Notes under the pieces: model-generated
What the model saw: the letters and a program-made list of their open reading frames with translations, nothing else
Databases searched by the model: none
Told to the model about the DNA's origin: nothing
In this document: positions 30,301 through 40,737 of the stretch, in pieces
How the letters are laid out: each line of letters begins with the position of its first letter
Numbering within the stretch: position 1 is the first letter of the stretch
NCBI RefSeq assembly: GCF_037042905.1
Contig: NC_087251.1
Location: 10,728,001 to 10,792,000, forward strand
From: Lytechinus pictus
Taxonomy: Eukaryota
Length of the DNA stretch: 64,000 nucleotides
Direction of reading: 5' to 3'
Made by a program: the position numbers and the translations under genes

Positions 30301-33300
30301 GGGTGTATGCCTTTACGCTGCCCTATATTCAATGAAAATTAAAAGTTGGTTGTATGCCTGTACGCTGCCCAATATAAGAAAAGTTTGGGTGTATGCCTGT
30401 ACGCTGCCCAACATGAGAAAAGTTTGGGTGTATGCCTGTACGCTGCCCAACATGAAAAAAGTTTGGGTGTATGCCTGTACGCTGCCCAACATGAGAAAAG
30501 TTTGGGTGTATGCCTGTACGCTGCCCAACATAAAAAAAAGTTTGGGTGTATGCCTGTACGCTGCCCAATATAAGAAAAAGTTTGGGTGTATGCCTGTACG
30601 CTGCCCAACATGAGAAAAGTTTGGGTGTATGCCTGTACGCTGCCCAATATAAGAAAAGTTTGGGTGTATGCCTGTACGCTGCCCAACATAAGAAAAGTTT
30701 GGGTGTATGCATGTACGCTGCCCAACATGAGAAAAATTTGGGTGTATGCCTGTACGCTGCCCAACATGAAAAAAGTTTGGGTGTATGCCTGTACGCTGCC
30801 CAACATGAGAAAAGTTTGGGTGTATGCCTGTACGCTGCCCAACATGAGAAAAGTTTGGGTGTATGCCTGTACGCTGCCCAATTTAAGAAAAGTTTGGGTG
30901 TATGCCTGTACGCTGCCCAACATGAGAAAAGTTTGGGTGTATGCCTGTACGCTGCCCAATATAAGAAAAAGTTTGGGTGTATGCCTGTACGCTGCCCAAC
31001 ATGAGAAGTTTTGGGTGTATGCCTGTACGCTGCCCAATATAAGAAAAGTTTGGGTGTATGCCTGTACGCTGCCCAACATGAGAAAAGTTTGGGTGTACGC
31101 CTGTATGCTGCCCAATATAAGAAAAAGTTTTGGTGAAAGCCTGTCTGCTGCCGGGCGCTGCCCTTGATTAATTTTGTTCATGTTAATATTTAATTGCAAG
31201 AAGAGGAAAGTGCCAATTGAGTGATTATCAGCTGAGTTATTATTAAGTTATTGTCTACTACATTGCAGATGATTGTGATTTATAGACTAGGACAGAATGT
31301 GTTGCAGTTCAAGTGAGCACCTATTTATCAGCTGAAAATGAATGCTAAAATGAGAACGCTACAAACACTGGACTGAGGAGAGAATATTTAATGGAAGTGA
31401 ATGCTAAATGATAACGAGAACTCGAGTTATAAAGAAGACTTTATACATTATGCAACAGAGAGATGAATATTTTGAACTCAAGTTATAAAGAAGACTTTAT
31501 ACATCATTCAACGGAGAGATGAATATTTTGAACTCAAATTATAAAGAAACTAAGAAAGACTTTATACACATGCAGTTGATATGTCATTCAAACATTCATA
31601 TGAAGTGAGTTGATCATACTCTGATCATACATCGCATATTGTGTCAAATTGGTTTAAAATTTAATTGTGATGGGCATGAGGAATTTGCCATTCCTGAAAT
31701 TGGTATTTGTGAAAAAAGGCATTTTCATTAATTTGAAATCACATTTTGGATTTTAAAAAAATCTTGGAAAAAAAAATGCAGCGCTGATAGCTTTGCAAGT
31801 TAATATGCAAAGTATGGCCGTCAGCATGGTAAGAAAATAGATGATTTGTATGTGCGTCTCAACAATCATACGAGGAAATCATAAAGAGGTTTCATTTCAC
31901 GCTCCGCTCCAAGGGAAGAGTGTGATACTTGTTTTGCTTTAGAAATTTTGTCATTTGGCGCAAATTGCCAAATTCATATGAACATGCACTGTATACATAG
32001 TTACAGATGCAAATTGGTTGAATTTCTACCAAAAAGTATTTGACTGGAATTACATGTTCTTGAAGGTTTATGCTACTTTTAGTAGGATCATGTTAGTGTT
32101 TTACTGTTGATGAAATTATTACTGAAGCATTCAGTATTGATCAGTGTTAGTATTAAAAAAAAAAATAAAAAAAAGAGCAGGCAGAGATTTTGAATATTAT
32201 GGGCCATGCAGTACATTACTCAAAAGATAAACACACAGTGACAAAGGAATTTCTGTGAAGGAAATAGAAGTTTATTAACTGAAGTGGAAAGGACGAATCT
32301 TATCGTGGATAAAGTTTATTTCTGGTGGCCGGAAAAGGGATGTCATGAATAATATGCAATTGAACTGATTGACCCCGAGGTCAATCCGCATGTGCGCGAT
32401 GTAAGCGATCGGACAGTTATAAGTATGGAGCAATAAACCAGTAAATGCTTGCAATATATATGGACTGAATTCTTATCCATCTAACCCGTGGTTCAATTAA
32501 GGTTGAGATGTGACATACATGTTAAGGGAGTTCGTTTCAAAGGACAATGAGGAGAAAATTAGAATATTTCATATTTCTTATAATAAAATACAAAATAAAA
32601 AGTGAGTGAGTGATGTCATGCATCAGTTCCCTCATTTGCATACCGACCAGAATGTGAATATAACTGTTTTGTGAAATTAAGCAAAACTTAGAAATGTCAT
32701 AACTTTCTTATTTTAAATCTGATTTTGATGAAATTTTCAGTGTTATGCTCGTTGGATTTTTTTCTTTTTATTCAAATCAACTTTTTATTGGGGTGGACTG
32801 GTCCTTTAAATGCCTGAGGTAGGCAGAGGTATTTGCAGGCCTATAACAAATGTACAACAAATTATAACTCCACAATTATTTTGAAAATTTTTTGTTGTTG
32901 CAAACTTGTACAAAAACTGATGGTATTAAAACAGACGAGTTCTTCAACATACATGCATAAAAAGACAACTTTTATGACATAACATTCCTCTTTTATCTGC
33001 CAGCCTCTATTCAGGATTGATTTATCTTAAAAAACCTAAGATTATAGTATTTATATATGAAAAATAAGGCAATCAATTTCAGTGGTCATAATAATTCCCT
33101 AGATCTGAATCATGCTTATGTTTTTAACAGCCAAAATGTTGATTATATTGTCAATGCAAGGATAGGAAGATTAAAAGATAGTGTGTGATATAAATTGGAT
33201 GCGCTGTTCCCATAATCCATTTAATATTAGCTTGCTTAGATTGGAACTAATGTCAACTCAATTCAAAGTCATATCTCTCCTATTCCTAAAGTAAAAGACT

Positions 33301-36300
33301 TGAAAGGATGTGATAATGGTGGCAGCGGTGGGATATTTCTTTTTACAAATCAACTCTAATAGTGCCACTTTCTTTTTCATTTCTGTTTTATAGCAAAATT
33401 TTCAAATTCTTGAAATAACAATGTCAAAATATCAAGCATTAATATCACAAGAACAAGAGCTTGAAAATAGGCCAAACACTGCCACACTTCATTCACCACA
33501 CAAGGCCCGGGGTCCTACAACTGAGGACTCTACAACTGAGAACAAGGTTATATCATAACCTTGTGTACATTCAATGAGTGACCCCGTGGCCGAGGAGTAT
33601 TACTTATAGACCCTGTCCACCACTAGCGTACCTACGGGGGGGGGGGGGGGGGGGGGGGGCAGAGGGGGCACTCTGCCCCCCCTGACGAGCCACAACCCAT
33701 ACAAAAGACATATACCTTCCCCCCCTGACGAGCTTAAAACTTAAAAGACCTTTTTTGCTCCCCCCTGACGAACTTGAAGACCTTTAATGCCCCCCCTGAA
33801 GACCTTTTTTTTTTTTTTTGCTTGTCAAATTATTTTCTACGAAGCCCCGAACCGGACATTTTTGACATCCAAAAAAAAAAAAAATTATCACGTACGTACG
33901 CAGTATTATTACGTACGTACGTGATAATTATTACGTACGTACGTGATAATTATTACGTACGTACGTGATAATTATTACGTACGTACGCAGTATTATTACG
34001 TACGTACGCAGTATTATTACGTACGTACGTGATAATTATTACGTACGTACGCAGTATTATCACGTACGTACGCAGTATTATTACGTACGTACGCAGTATT
34101 ATTACGTACGTACGTGATAATTATTACGTACGTACGCAGTATTATCACGTACGTACGCAGTATTTATTACGTACGTACGTAATGTTATCTCCCAAAAGGT
34201 CATACATGAATTCAAATACCGGTAGTTACTGAAATCTGATCACGCTAGCGCGAAGCCCGCAGGCTTTAAATTTTTATGTGGGCCTACAATAGGCCTTCTG
34301 CTTTGATTGTTCCCGCATAGAATTTCCCTTTAAATACCAGCCTCTTCAAATAGTGTTTCTTTTTTTAAACACCTATACATCTTCACTTAATTTACATCAA
34401 TTAATACCATATCATATTCAAATTTAAGCAGAGAACGAAGCAATTTCAAAAGGGTGGTAAAATAATAGGGGCTCATCCCAGTGTCGCGTGTGCATGGGTA
34501 CATTTTTGAAAAAAACTGTCTCGCCAAAACACTAACATAATAGGCCTTTAATTGTCCTTTCCCCAATGTGTTTCTAGCAGTTTCTGAAAGGAATGGTTTA
34601 ATTGAAAACACAGCCTGATGACGAGAACAAATGAAATGGTTATCATATGAATATTGTGGGTTATATAGCAGGGACCTGGGAACTCGCGGGGATGCTGGGG
34701 GTGCTGAAGCACCCCCAAAATTTTTCCTGGGGGTGCTGCGTGTATTATTTTCCATAGGCAGCACCCCCACGAAATCAGGTTCCCTTTGTATTTTTTATAT
34801 ATGTTATAATGTACATAATTATCACATCCGACAATCGCAAATCATACAACGTCTTTCACATATTCCAATAACATCCCTCCTATAACATGTAACGCGACTC
34901 AATCAAGCTCCGGCACGCCGATACAGACGTAGTCGCGCGCGATACGTGATAACCATTATAGTTTACACACTACCATGACTACTCGATAGCAGGGAGGGAC
35001 AAGGGTGTGGTTGGACTTGAAACTTAGAGGGTTTTATGTCGAATCAAGTGTGGGCGAGCCCGACCGCCCGTGTTTTGTATAAAGAATTACAATTCAGACA
35101 ATAAAAATCAAATTTCAGTCTTTTTCGCCCTGCCCCATGGCCCTGGGAAGCGGGGGTGCTGGGGGTGAAGCACCCCAAAATGTGGGGGTGCTGCATGTGT
35201 TATTTTCCATAGGCAACACCTCCTGGAAATCTAGTGGTAAGTTGATGAATGACAGAAATGTAAGGAAAATGAACGACGTTTTGTAGACCCCCACCCCCTT
35301 AAGAATTTTCCGACACAGTACTTAAAATAGTGTTTAAATTCACCCTTTTTCAAATCGGAATATCAAATATTTTCTGCTCGTGCTTCGCGCTCGCATTATT
35401 GATTTTTATAATAAAAACAAAGTATTTACAACGCCCAGATACTAAAGGGCTAACTCTAAACACGCGCACGCATGTTTATTCAGATACGCAGCTTGTTTTG
35501 GGGCTACTCCGGGCTGAAAATATTTATATCAAATACAATTTTATGAAAATCTGATAACAAATAGTTAAGTTATTTAATTCTAAAGTTTAGCAATAGTTTA
35601 TGAAAATGGTGATATGCATGTCGTCATGAATATTAAATAGGTGGGTTGACATGTGCGGAAATCTCTTACCAAAGGTAGAGGGACCATGCAGGGCCTGCAT
35701 GGAAAATTTGACAAGCATAAAAAAAAGAAAAAAAAGTTTTTCACCCAAAATGTAAGGTCATTTAGTCCAAAAGCTATTATTTCGATTGTGAAGTGATGTA
35801 TTTTTCTCCATGAAAGACCAAAAATAGTAGGGGGGCATTTGATATTGTGTCCCCCTACTATTTTTGGTAGGGGGGACACGTCCCCCTGTCCCCTCTGGGA
35901 TTTCCGCCCTTGCGGGTTGAAGATATCACATCCCCACTATCCTGTTTCTTGTGTTATTACATGGAATCAAAATTGTTTAATTTTTTCATACCAGTGTGAA
36001 TGATATGTCTCCCTTATAATGAAATAAGTTGCAGCAAAGAATATCTAATAGACTAAATCAGTTGTCAATTCAACTGTTTTTTGGTTCTTGAAGGGAAAAT
36101 ATCAAATAAACCTAATTTTATATAATAAAATACAAAAGAACAATTGGGGATATGACATCATCAGTTTGCTCACTGAATATTAATGAAGACATGCTTAAAA
36201 CTGTTTCACCGGAATAATGCTAATCTTTAAAATGCAATAACTTTGATATTCCTTGTCGGATTTTGATCAAATCTTTATTCTTATGTTCGCCTGATTTCTC

Positions 36301-38002
36301 TTTATCTGTTCAAACCATATTGCATTCAGTGTGGAGTTTCAGATCAGAATATCAAAAATTTTCTGCTCGCGCTTTGCGCTCACATTATTAATGTAAGAAT
36401 ATATCCAATTACCCATCATTTTCTTGATTTTCAAAACATGAATAGAATGTCCCAATTATAGGTCTGAAATCTCAATTTTGTTTCCGCTCGCTCTTTTCGC
36501 TCGCATCAATTGTATAGTTATATACCTATCCTGTTCATGATTAAAAAAGTGCTTAAGATGTCCTGTTTTTAGGTCTGAAATCTCATTTTTAATTCCGCTC
36601 GCGCTTCGCGCTCGCATCAATTGTACATTTATATACCTATCCTGTTCTTGATTAGAAAAGTGCTTAGAATGTCTCGTTTTTTGGTCTGAAATCTCAATTT
36701 TTTTTCCGCTCGCGCTTCGCGCTCGCATCTTATCCTGTTCATGATTGCAAAAAGTGCTTAGAATGTCCAGTATTTAGGTCGGAATGTCAATTTTTTCAGC
36801 TCGCGCTTCGCGCTCGCATTATTTGATTGGCGATATATGAATCGTCTTAATGAGTAACTGCAAACATTCCTTATAACACTTCCCTTTCGATCAGACCAGA
36901 GCGTATATAAAAAATATCTGCTCGCACTGATCACGTTCGCAGTTATTATTTGTTACATACGCATCTTCAAACATTGCTCAAAATATTCAATTTTTCAGGA
37001 CAAAATACATGAATTTCCCCCCCAAAAATAGCTCGCGTTTCGATCGCGCTCGACTTATCTCATTATATATCTATGTTCTTTTATAAGAAGAAAGCTAAGA
37101 AGTGACTGTCACATATATGTATATATATATATATGTGTGTGTGTGTAATTATGGAAAATTCAATTATTGTGTCCCCCCCCCACCTTTGAGGAGAGATTTC
37201 AGCACCCCCACTGAAAAAATCGTTCCCAGGTCCCTGTTATATAGGCCCTATAATCGATGAAAAGTCATGATCATCACCAGCATGACTATGGTCCAACCAT
37301 GGTCCCAGCTAGCAAGCTGACGTTGGTTGGGCCAATGCGGGGTGCCGATGTCGGCCACATTCGGCGAATATCGGATTCCATAGACCAATGAAAATTAGAA
37401 TACTACGTACGTACGTAATAATACTGCGTACGTACGTAATAATACTGCGTACGTACGTAATAATTATCACGTACGTACGTAATAATACTGCGTACGTACG
37501 TGATAATACTGCGTACGTACGTAATAATTATAACGTACGTACGTAATAATACTGCGTACGTACGTAATAATACTGCGTACGTACGTAATAATTATCACGT
37601 ACGTACGTAATAATTATCACGTACGTACGTAATAATACTACGTACGTACGTGATAATTTTTTTTTTTTGGTTGTCAAAAATGTCCGGTTTGGGGCTTCGT
37701 AATTTTCTGGTACGAGAACCTAAATTTTTTTATTGAAGACCTTTTTTTTTTTTTTTTTTTTGCTCGTCAAATTTTTTGGCGGCCGATTTTGCCCCCCCTG
37801 TGGAAAATCCTAGGTACGCCACTGCTGTCCACCCACTGATCGCACTAGACCACCAACATTACATAACCTAGCCGAGAATCCCAGATGTTTATACTCGATA
37901 TCCATTTATTAACATGATTCAGGCGACTTACGTGACATAGATTGCTCCTAGTGCACCGAGCATAGGCCAAGAAACAGTATATCCAAGAAGAGTAAAGGCC
38001 AT
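15304..38002 (-). CDS. Cytochrome P450, clan 3 (CYP3A-like), 13 exons, 528 aa
   Basis: Exons (minus): 38002-37932, 24126-24033, 23295-23243, 22667-22571, 21902-21786, 21321-21233, 20714-20569, 19456-19326, 18396-18205, 17407-17187, 16867-16730, 16322-16160, 15378-15304. Total 1587 nt, all GT-AG, phases consistent. Motifs: N-terminal anchor, [43 protein letters not shown] heme ligand. Confidence 0.96.
16160..16322 (-). CDS. CYP exon 12 (163 bp), heme-binding
   Basis: [35 protein letters not shown]...CPETP. Confidence 0.96.
16730..16867 (-). CDS. CYP exon 11 (138 bp)
   Basis: IERECNETHVCNGITIPKG...IHRDPAIWPEPDKFNPD. Confidence 0.95.
17187..17407 (-). CDS. CYP exon 10 (221 bp)
   Basis: AMIFFLAGYETINVTL...VVCETLRLYPAAV (I and K helices). 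Confidence 0.95.
18205..18396 (-). CDS. CYP exon 9 (192 bp)
   Basis: MKDFLQILVNA...TLTRDEIYGQ. Confidence 0.92.
19326..19456 (-). CDS. CYP exon 8 (131 bp)
   Basis: TFPNIGKIMEYFRVSMLSAEIQKFFITVIDQTIAARRENPSSK. Confidence 0.9.
20569..20714 (-). CDS. CYP exon 7 (146 bp)
   Basis: LCEAFTMDGIAKCAFGLQVDSQNNPSDPFVTNARELM... Confidence 0.93.
21233..21321 (-). CDS. CYP exon 6 (89 bp)
   Basis: LSGLLNESIDTLVKNFGEIQKKDGKVKVF. Confidence 0.9.
21786..21902 (-). CDS. CYP exon 5 (117 bp)
   Basis: QFVLKSRPFDKAVSALRDQHWKDVRNVMTPTFSAVKMKQ (C-helix WxxxR). Confidence 0.93.
22571..22667 (-). CDS. CYP exon 4 (97 bp)
   Basis: MYMFGSPALFISDLDMIKDITVKNFSKFMNHK. Confidence 0.92.
23243..23295 (-). CDS. CYP exon 3 (53 bp)
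   Basis: GLHWKLIENIKKYGKVYG; acag| ... |gtaagt. Confidence 0.92.
24033..24126 (-). CDS. CYP exon 2 (94 bp)
   Basis: [31 protein letters not shown]; aaag| ... |gtaagt. Confidence 0.92.
25068..25520. mobile_element. TTAA-flanked (Kolobok-like) MITE, copy 1 of a tandem pair
   Basis: Long imperfect inverted arms (caagtccacc..gatttgaat..tttcatcaaaatcggatg vs catccaattttgaggaaa..ggtggacttgacct), followed by TTAA at 25521-25524; left end degenerate. Confidence 0.65.
25837..26015 (+). repeat. 5' LTR (179 bp)
   Basis: TG...CA termini; near-identical to 32341-32515; contains AATAAA. Confidence 0.95.
26017..26030 (+). other. Primer-binding site, probably tRNA-Ser(GCT)
   Basis: TGGCGACAAGCATG 1 nt after the LTR; two mismatches to TGGCGACGAGGATG, the complement of the animal tRNA-Ser(GCT) 3' end (recalled, not searched). 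Confidence 0.6.
26064..30178 (+). pseudogene. Disrupted gag-pol of the Mag-like Gypsy element
   Basis: Gag with two Zn knuckles (CYRCGNLGH...C, CKSCGGRDHFAKKC), protease IVDSGS, RT (IDLKWGYHQ, FGINAAP, NISDDII), RNase H (ADASPVG, TDHKPL), integrase (SDNGPQF, NGEVER); split over several frames by frameshifts and stops. Confidence 0.93.
30301..31130 (+). repeat. 39-bp tandem array, about 21 copies, inside the LTR element
   Basis: Unit AAAAGTTTGGGTGTATGCCTGTACGCTGCCCAA(C/T)AT(G/A)AG. Confidence 0.97.
31418..31570 (+). repeat. About 56-bp tandem repeat, 2.5 copies
   Basis: gaactc(g/a)agttataaagaagactttataca...gagagatgaatatttt repeated. Confidence 0.8.
32341..32515 (+). repeat. 3' LTR (175 bp)
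   Basis: Direct repeat of 25837-26015, preceded by a polypurine tract. Confidence 0.95.
33885..34181 (+). repeat. 21-bp subterminal array with palindromic TACGTACGTA core (left arm, about 14 copies)
   Basis: Units ATTATTACGTACGTACGCAGT / ATTATTACGTACGTACGTGATA. Confidence 0.95.
34669..37236. mobile_element. hAT-like non-autonomous element (inner layer)
   Basis: Perfect 15-bp TIR CAGGGACCTGGGAAC; 8-bp TSD TTATATAG (34661-34668, 37237-37244); internal repeated GCTCGCGCTTCGCGCTCGC motifs. Confidence 0.88.
37397..37657 (-). repeat. Inverted 21-bp subterminal array (right arm, about 12 copies)
   Basis: Reverse complement of the 33885-34181 units. Confidence 0.95.
37932..38002 (-). CDS. CYP exon 1 (71 coding bp)
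   Basis: ATG...GTCAC|gtaagt; MAFTLLGYTVSWPMLGALGAIYV(T); phase 2 fits exon 2. Confidence 0.88.
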
Positions 38003-38119
38003 TTTCGTTGTCAGTCAATTTCTGGTCAATTTCTTCTGAGTTCTGTGGTAAATGGTCGGGAGAACTTCTCTGCTTGAGTTTTTACAATTCCGAATCATCT
38101 TCCACGCCGCGCCGCAGCA

Positions 38120-38156
38120 TATCTGAGCATGCAAGCAGCAGCATGCAGCATTTATA
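38120..38156 (-). promoter_or_regulatory. Putative TATA box and initiator of the minus-strand CYP
   Basis: Minus-strand TATAAAT at 38156-38150 with Inr-like TCAGAT (A at 38124) about 32 nt downstream, 122 nt before the ATG. Confidence 0.55.
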
Positions 38157-39498
38157 GCTAGCTTTGCCCTCGGTCTCGCTCTCAGCTAGCCCATCCCATC
38201 ATAACCCACCATCCGGGCCCACCATGCATAACCCGGGTTAATCCCATCACAGATCTCTACCTTTGCCGCGAAATATTAAACCGGGATGTCAATAATGATT
38301 GCGCAATCGTTCCAGCGGTTCCACCGTGGAGCTCGAAGAAGATGAGATCATGATGAGATCACCCTTAATTCCACGTCATAGGCCTACTCTGTGCAAACGT
38401 GTCGAGTCAAAGGTACGCTGGAAAGAAAAATGCCCTCATAGACCCGAGCTTCCACATCGGCCTACTTTAGTGCAGTGCACAGAATACCCATCAATCGATT
38501 TTTTTTGCTTGGTAAGCTTAATTATTATGTTACCAAAATTCTGTAGCATATATGCTTATCATGTAGTTAAATTCAAACAAACATTTAATTCTGACGTTTT
38601 CCGAACTAAAATATGTAAAGAAATCTAGACATATATTTTCCATATTATACTCTGAGAAGTATACTAGTATAAAACAATATGCCTATATGCACTATAAGTT
38701 AATACCGGGGGGGGGGGGGGGGGGGGGGCAGTCATTGCTGTACATATGCGTGACCAAACACCCCCTAAACGATTTTTTTTCTGTGTGCAAAAAAAAAACC
38801 TAAACAAGTTTTTCGCGGCCTTTATTTACACATTTTGGCCCCTAAACGCCAGAATATGACCCCGGGGAAAAAGCTAGGGGGAAATGCATATCCTAAACAC
38901 GTTTGGCTAGTCTTAAAAGAAAAAGCTTTGGAAAAAAAATACCCGGCCTATTCGTTTGACCCCGCGATATTATGACCATTGACCAGTCTTACAAAAGCAT
39001 GCACCCTTTCCCTTGAAAATCTGTGTTTGTTTATACCTATATGCGTCCCGAACTGAAAAACACCCCCTTTCACGCGTTTTTTTGGCCACGCATGCATGTG
39101 CAGCAAATATTTGACTGCCTCCGCCCCCCCCCCCCCCGGTGCAATATAATTTCATCAGTGGATGAGAGGGTAGTGCGAGACATTAAAGCTTTTAAGGAAG
39201 TATGTATGTATATGTATGTTTTATTTATTAAAATACGGGATAAAAAACCCTGCTTTCAACCCCCCCGGGGGGGGGGGGCACTTCCATTGACGAGTGGATA
39301 CCATGCGCGACCATGGGGTCTCGAAAAGCACCCTAAACACGTATTTTCCATATTCTGAAAATGCACCCCTTAACAAGTATTGGCGTGGAAACAAAACGAT
39401 ACTCTTAATTAGCAAGTATTCCCTAAACAAGTACTACGATATTTTTATTGTTATGTCACTGTCGTCGGTTTTACCTTTACCTGCATGATTGTATCTTA

Positions 39499-40737
39499 CC
39501 CACTGGGCATTTTACCCGATATTACCCGGGTTGTAACAGGTAATAACGTAGTTATTATACCACGGTAACACCAGTGGGTAGTAACGGGGAAATAGTAGAC
39601 CAATCTTTCCCCGTTATTACCCGGACCCGATATTACTCCATTTACCCAATATTACCCAGTATGATGTAACCGATATTTCCAGTTATTTTCATGATATTAC
39701 TGCCCGATATTACTCCATTTACCCAATATTACCCAATTAATGTCGGCTCATTAAAAAAACAATTAGTGTCATTAGGGTCATTGAAGCACATTTTTACAAC
39801 TCCATACTCTAAGCCATATCATCTTATCCTATCCTAAAATCCTACATCCTAATCCTAATCCTATACACCTATCCACCAAACCCTGTCATTTACTTCTATA
39901 TATTGAGCGAGTTTACAACACTTGACAAATTATGGTTAACAATTATTCAACCCTAAAACATTTTTCTAAAATTAATGTCATGATTATGACTAATATGATA
40001 TATAAACTACACATTTTTCTGAAAATTTTCTGGGTGGAATAATTGCATAAACATAAACACATTAATTATTACAGCTATATTAGCTAAAATTTTGGCCATT
40101 TATTGTAGTAATGAATATTCATGAGTAACTAATATTCCCAGCATTTTCCTGATATTACCATCTGATATTACTCCATTTACCCAATATTAATGGGTTCCGC
40201 ATGGGTTGGAGGTCTCGTTTCCATCTGAGTCCTATCTGGGCACCATGTGGGTTCAAGTATATGTTTTCATCTGGGTTCCATGTGGGCCCATATGGGACCC
40301 AGATATCCCAGATAAGAACCGTATGTGATCCAGATACTTTGCTGTCTGGGAATGGAAGCGTTTCAACATTACCCATTACCCCTTATCAACCTGTTTGTAA
40401 CTGGGTAAAATGTTGGTTTCATCAGGGTGATAACAGTAATTTTTTGGACTTTGAAAATTTCGCTGGGATTGCTGTAAGATTGCTCTTATTACTAAAGTTT
40501 GCAATGTTATAACCAATCAAAGTCATTCAACATTACTCTTATTACCCCTCATCACCCTGTTGTAACTAGGTAAATGTAGGTTTCATCAGGGTGATAACAG
40601 TAACAGGTATCAACAGGAATTATAATTTCGGTAATAACATGGTAATAACGGTAATATTTGGTGTTACTTAAATTTCCGGGTGATATTACCGGTAATAACC
40701 GGTAAAATTGGTAATCGGTAACAAATTGCCCAGTGGG
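39499..40737. mobile_element. CCC..GGG-terminated non-autonomous element (EnSpm/CMC-like) inserted in another repeat
   Basis: TIR CCCACTGGGCA / TGCCCAGTGGG, 2-bp TA on both sides, TATTACC/GGTAATA subterminal repeats; interrupts a ccccggggg-cacttcc repeat starting near 39263. Confidence 0.75.

Larger units (their letters stand above)
25837..32515 (+). mobile_element. Full-length, degraded Ty3/Gypsy LTR retrotransposon (Mag-like), antisense in CYP intron 1
   Basis: LTR pair 25837-26015 / 32341-32515 (TGTCA...TGACA; 4 substitutions + one 4-bp indel); PBS after the 5' LTR; PPT GGAAAAGGGA at 32331-32340; domain order gag-PR-RT-RH-IN. Confidence 0.96.
25525..32805. mobile_element. TTAA-flanked (Kolobok-like) MITE, copy 2, split by the Gypsy insertion (halves 25525-25836 and 32516-32805)
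   Basis: Same family as 25068-25520; begins after TTAA, ends ggggtggactggtcct|TTAA at 32805; halves rejoin at ...aattctac/atgttaaggg. Confidence 0.7.
33838..37701. mobile_element. Non-autonomous TIR element with TAC..GTA ends and 6-bp TSD (IS3EU-like; middle layer)
   Basis: TIR TACGAAGCCCC(G/A)AACCGGACATTTTTGACA at both ends; TSD ATTTTC (33832-33837, 37702-37707); subterminal 21-bp arrays. Superfamily assigned from terminus/TSD pattern only. Confidence 0.8.
33621..37824. mobile_element. hAT-like non-autonomous element (outer layer of nest)
   Basis: 8-bp TSD CTGTCCAC (33613-33620, 37825-37832); imperfect TIRs CACTAGCGTACCTA / TAGGTACGCCACTG. Confidence 0.85.

Noticed and set aside
30301..31130. 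CRISPR array
   Set aside because: Linkers are short and near-identical rather than unique spacers; no cas genes; eukaryotic retrotransposon context
30313..31199. Repetitive ORFs (e.g. 286-aa LGSVQAYTQTF repeats)
   Set aside because: By-product of a 39-bp (13-codon) unit; open in several frames on both strands and frames switch at A-run indels
30179..32340. env-like third ORF
   Set aside because: No long non-repetitive ORF, signal peptide or TM pattern
33317..33334. tRNA-Leu gene
   Set aside because: Only the 3' 18 nt are present and include CCA; no cloverleaf or A/B boxes
33774..34232. IITYVR-repeat ORFs
   Set aside because: Translation of the 21-bp subterminal array
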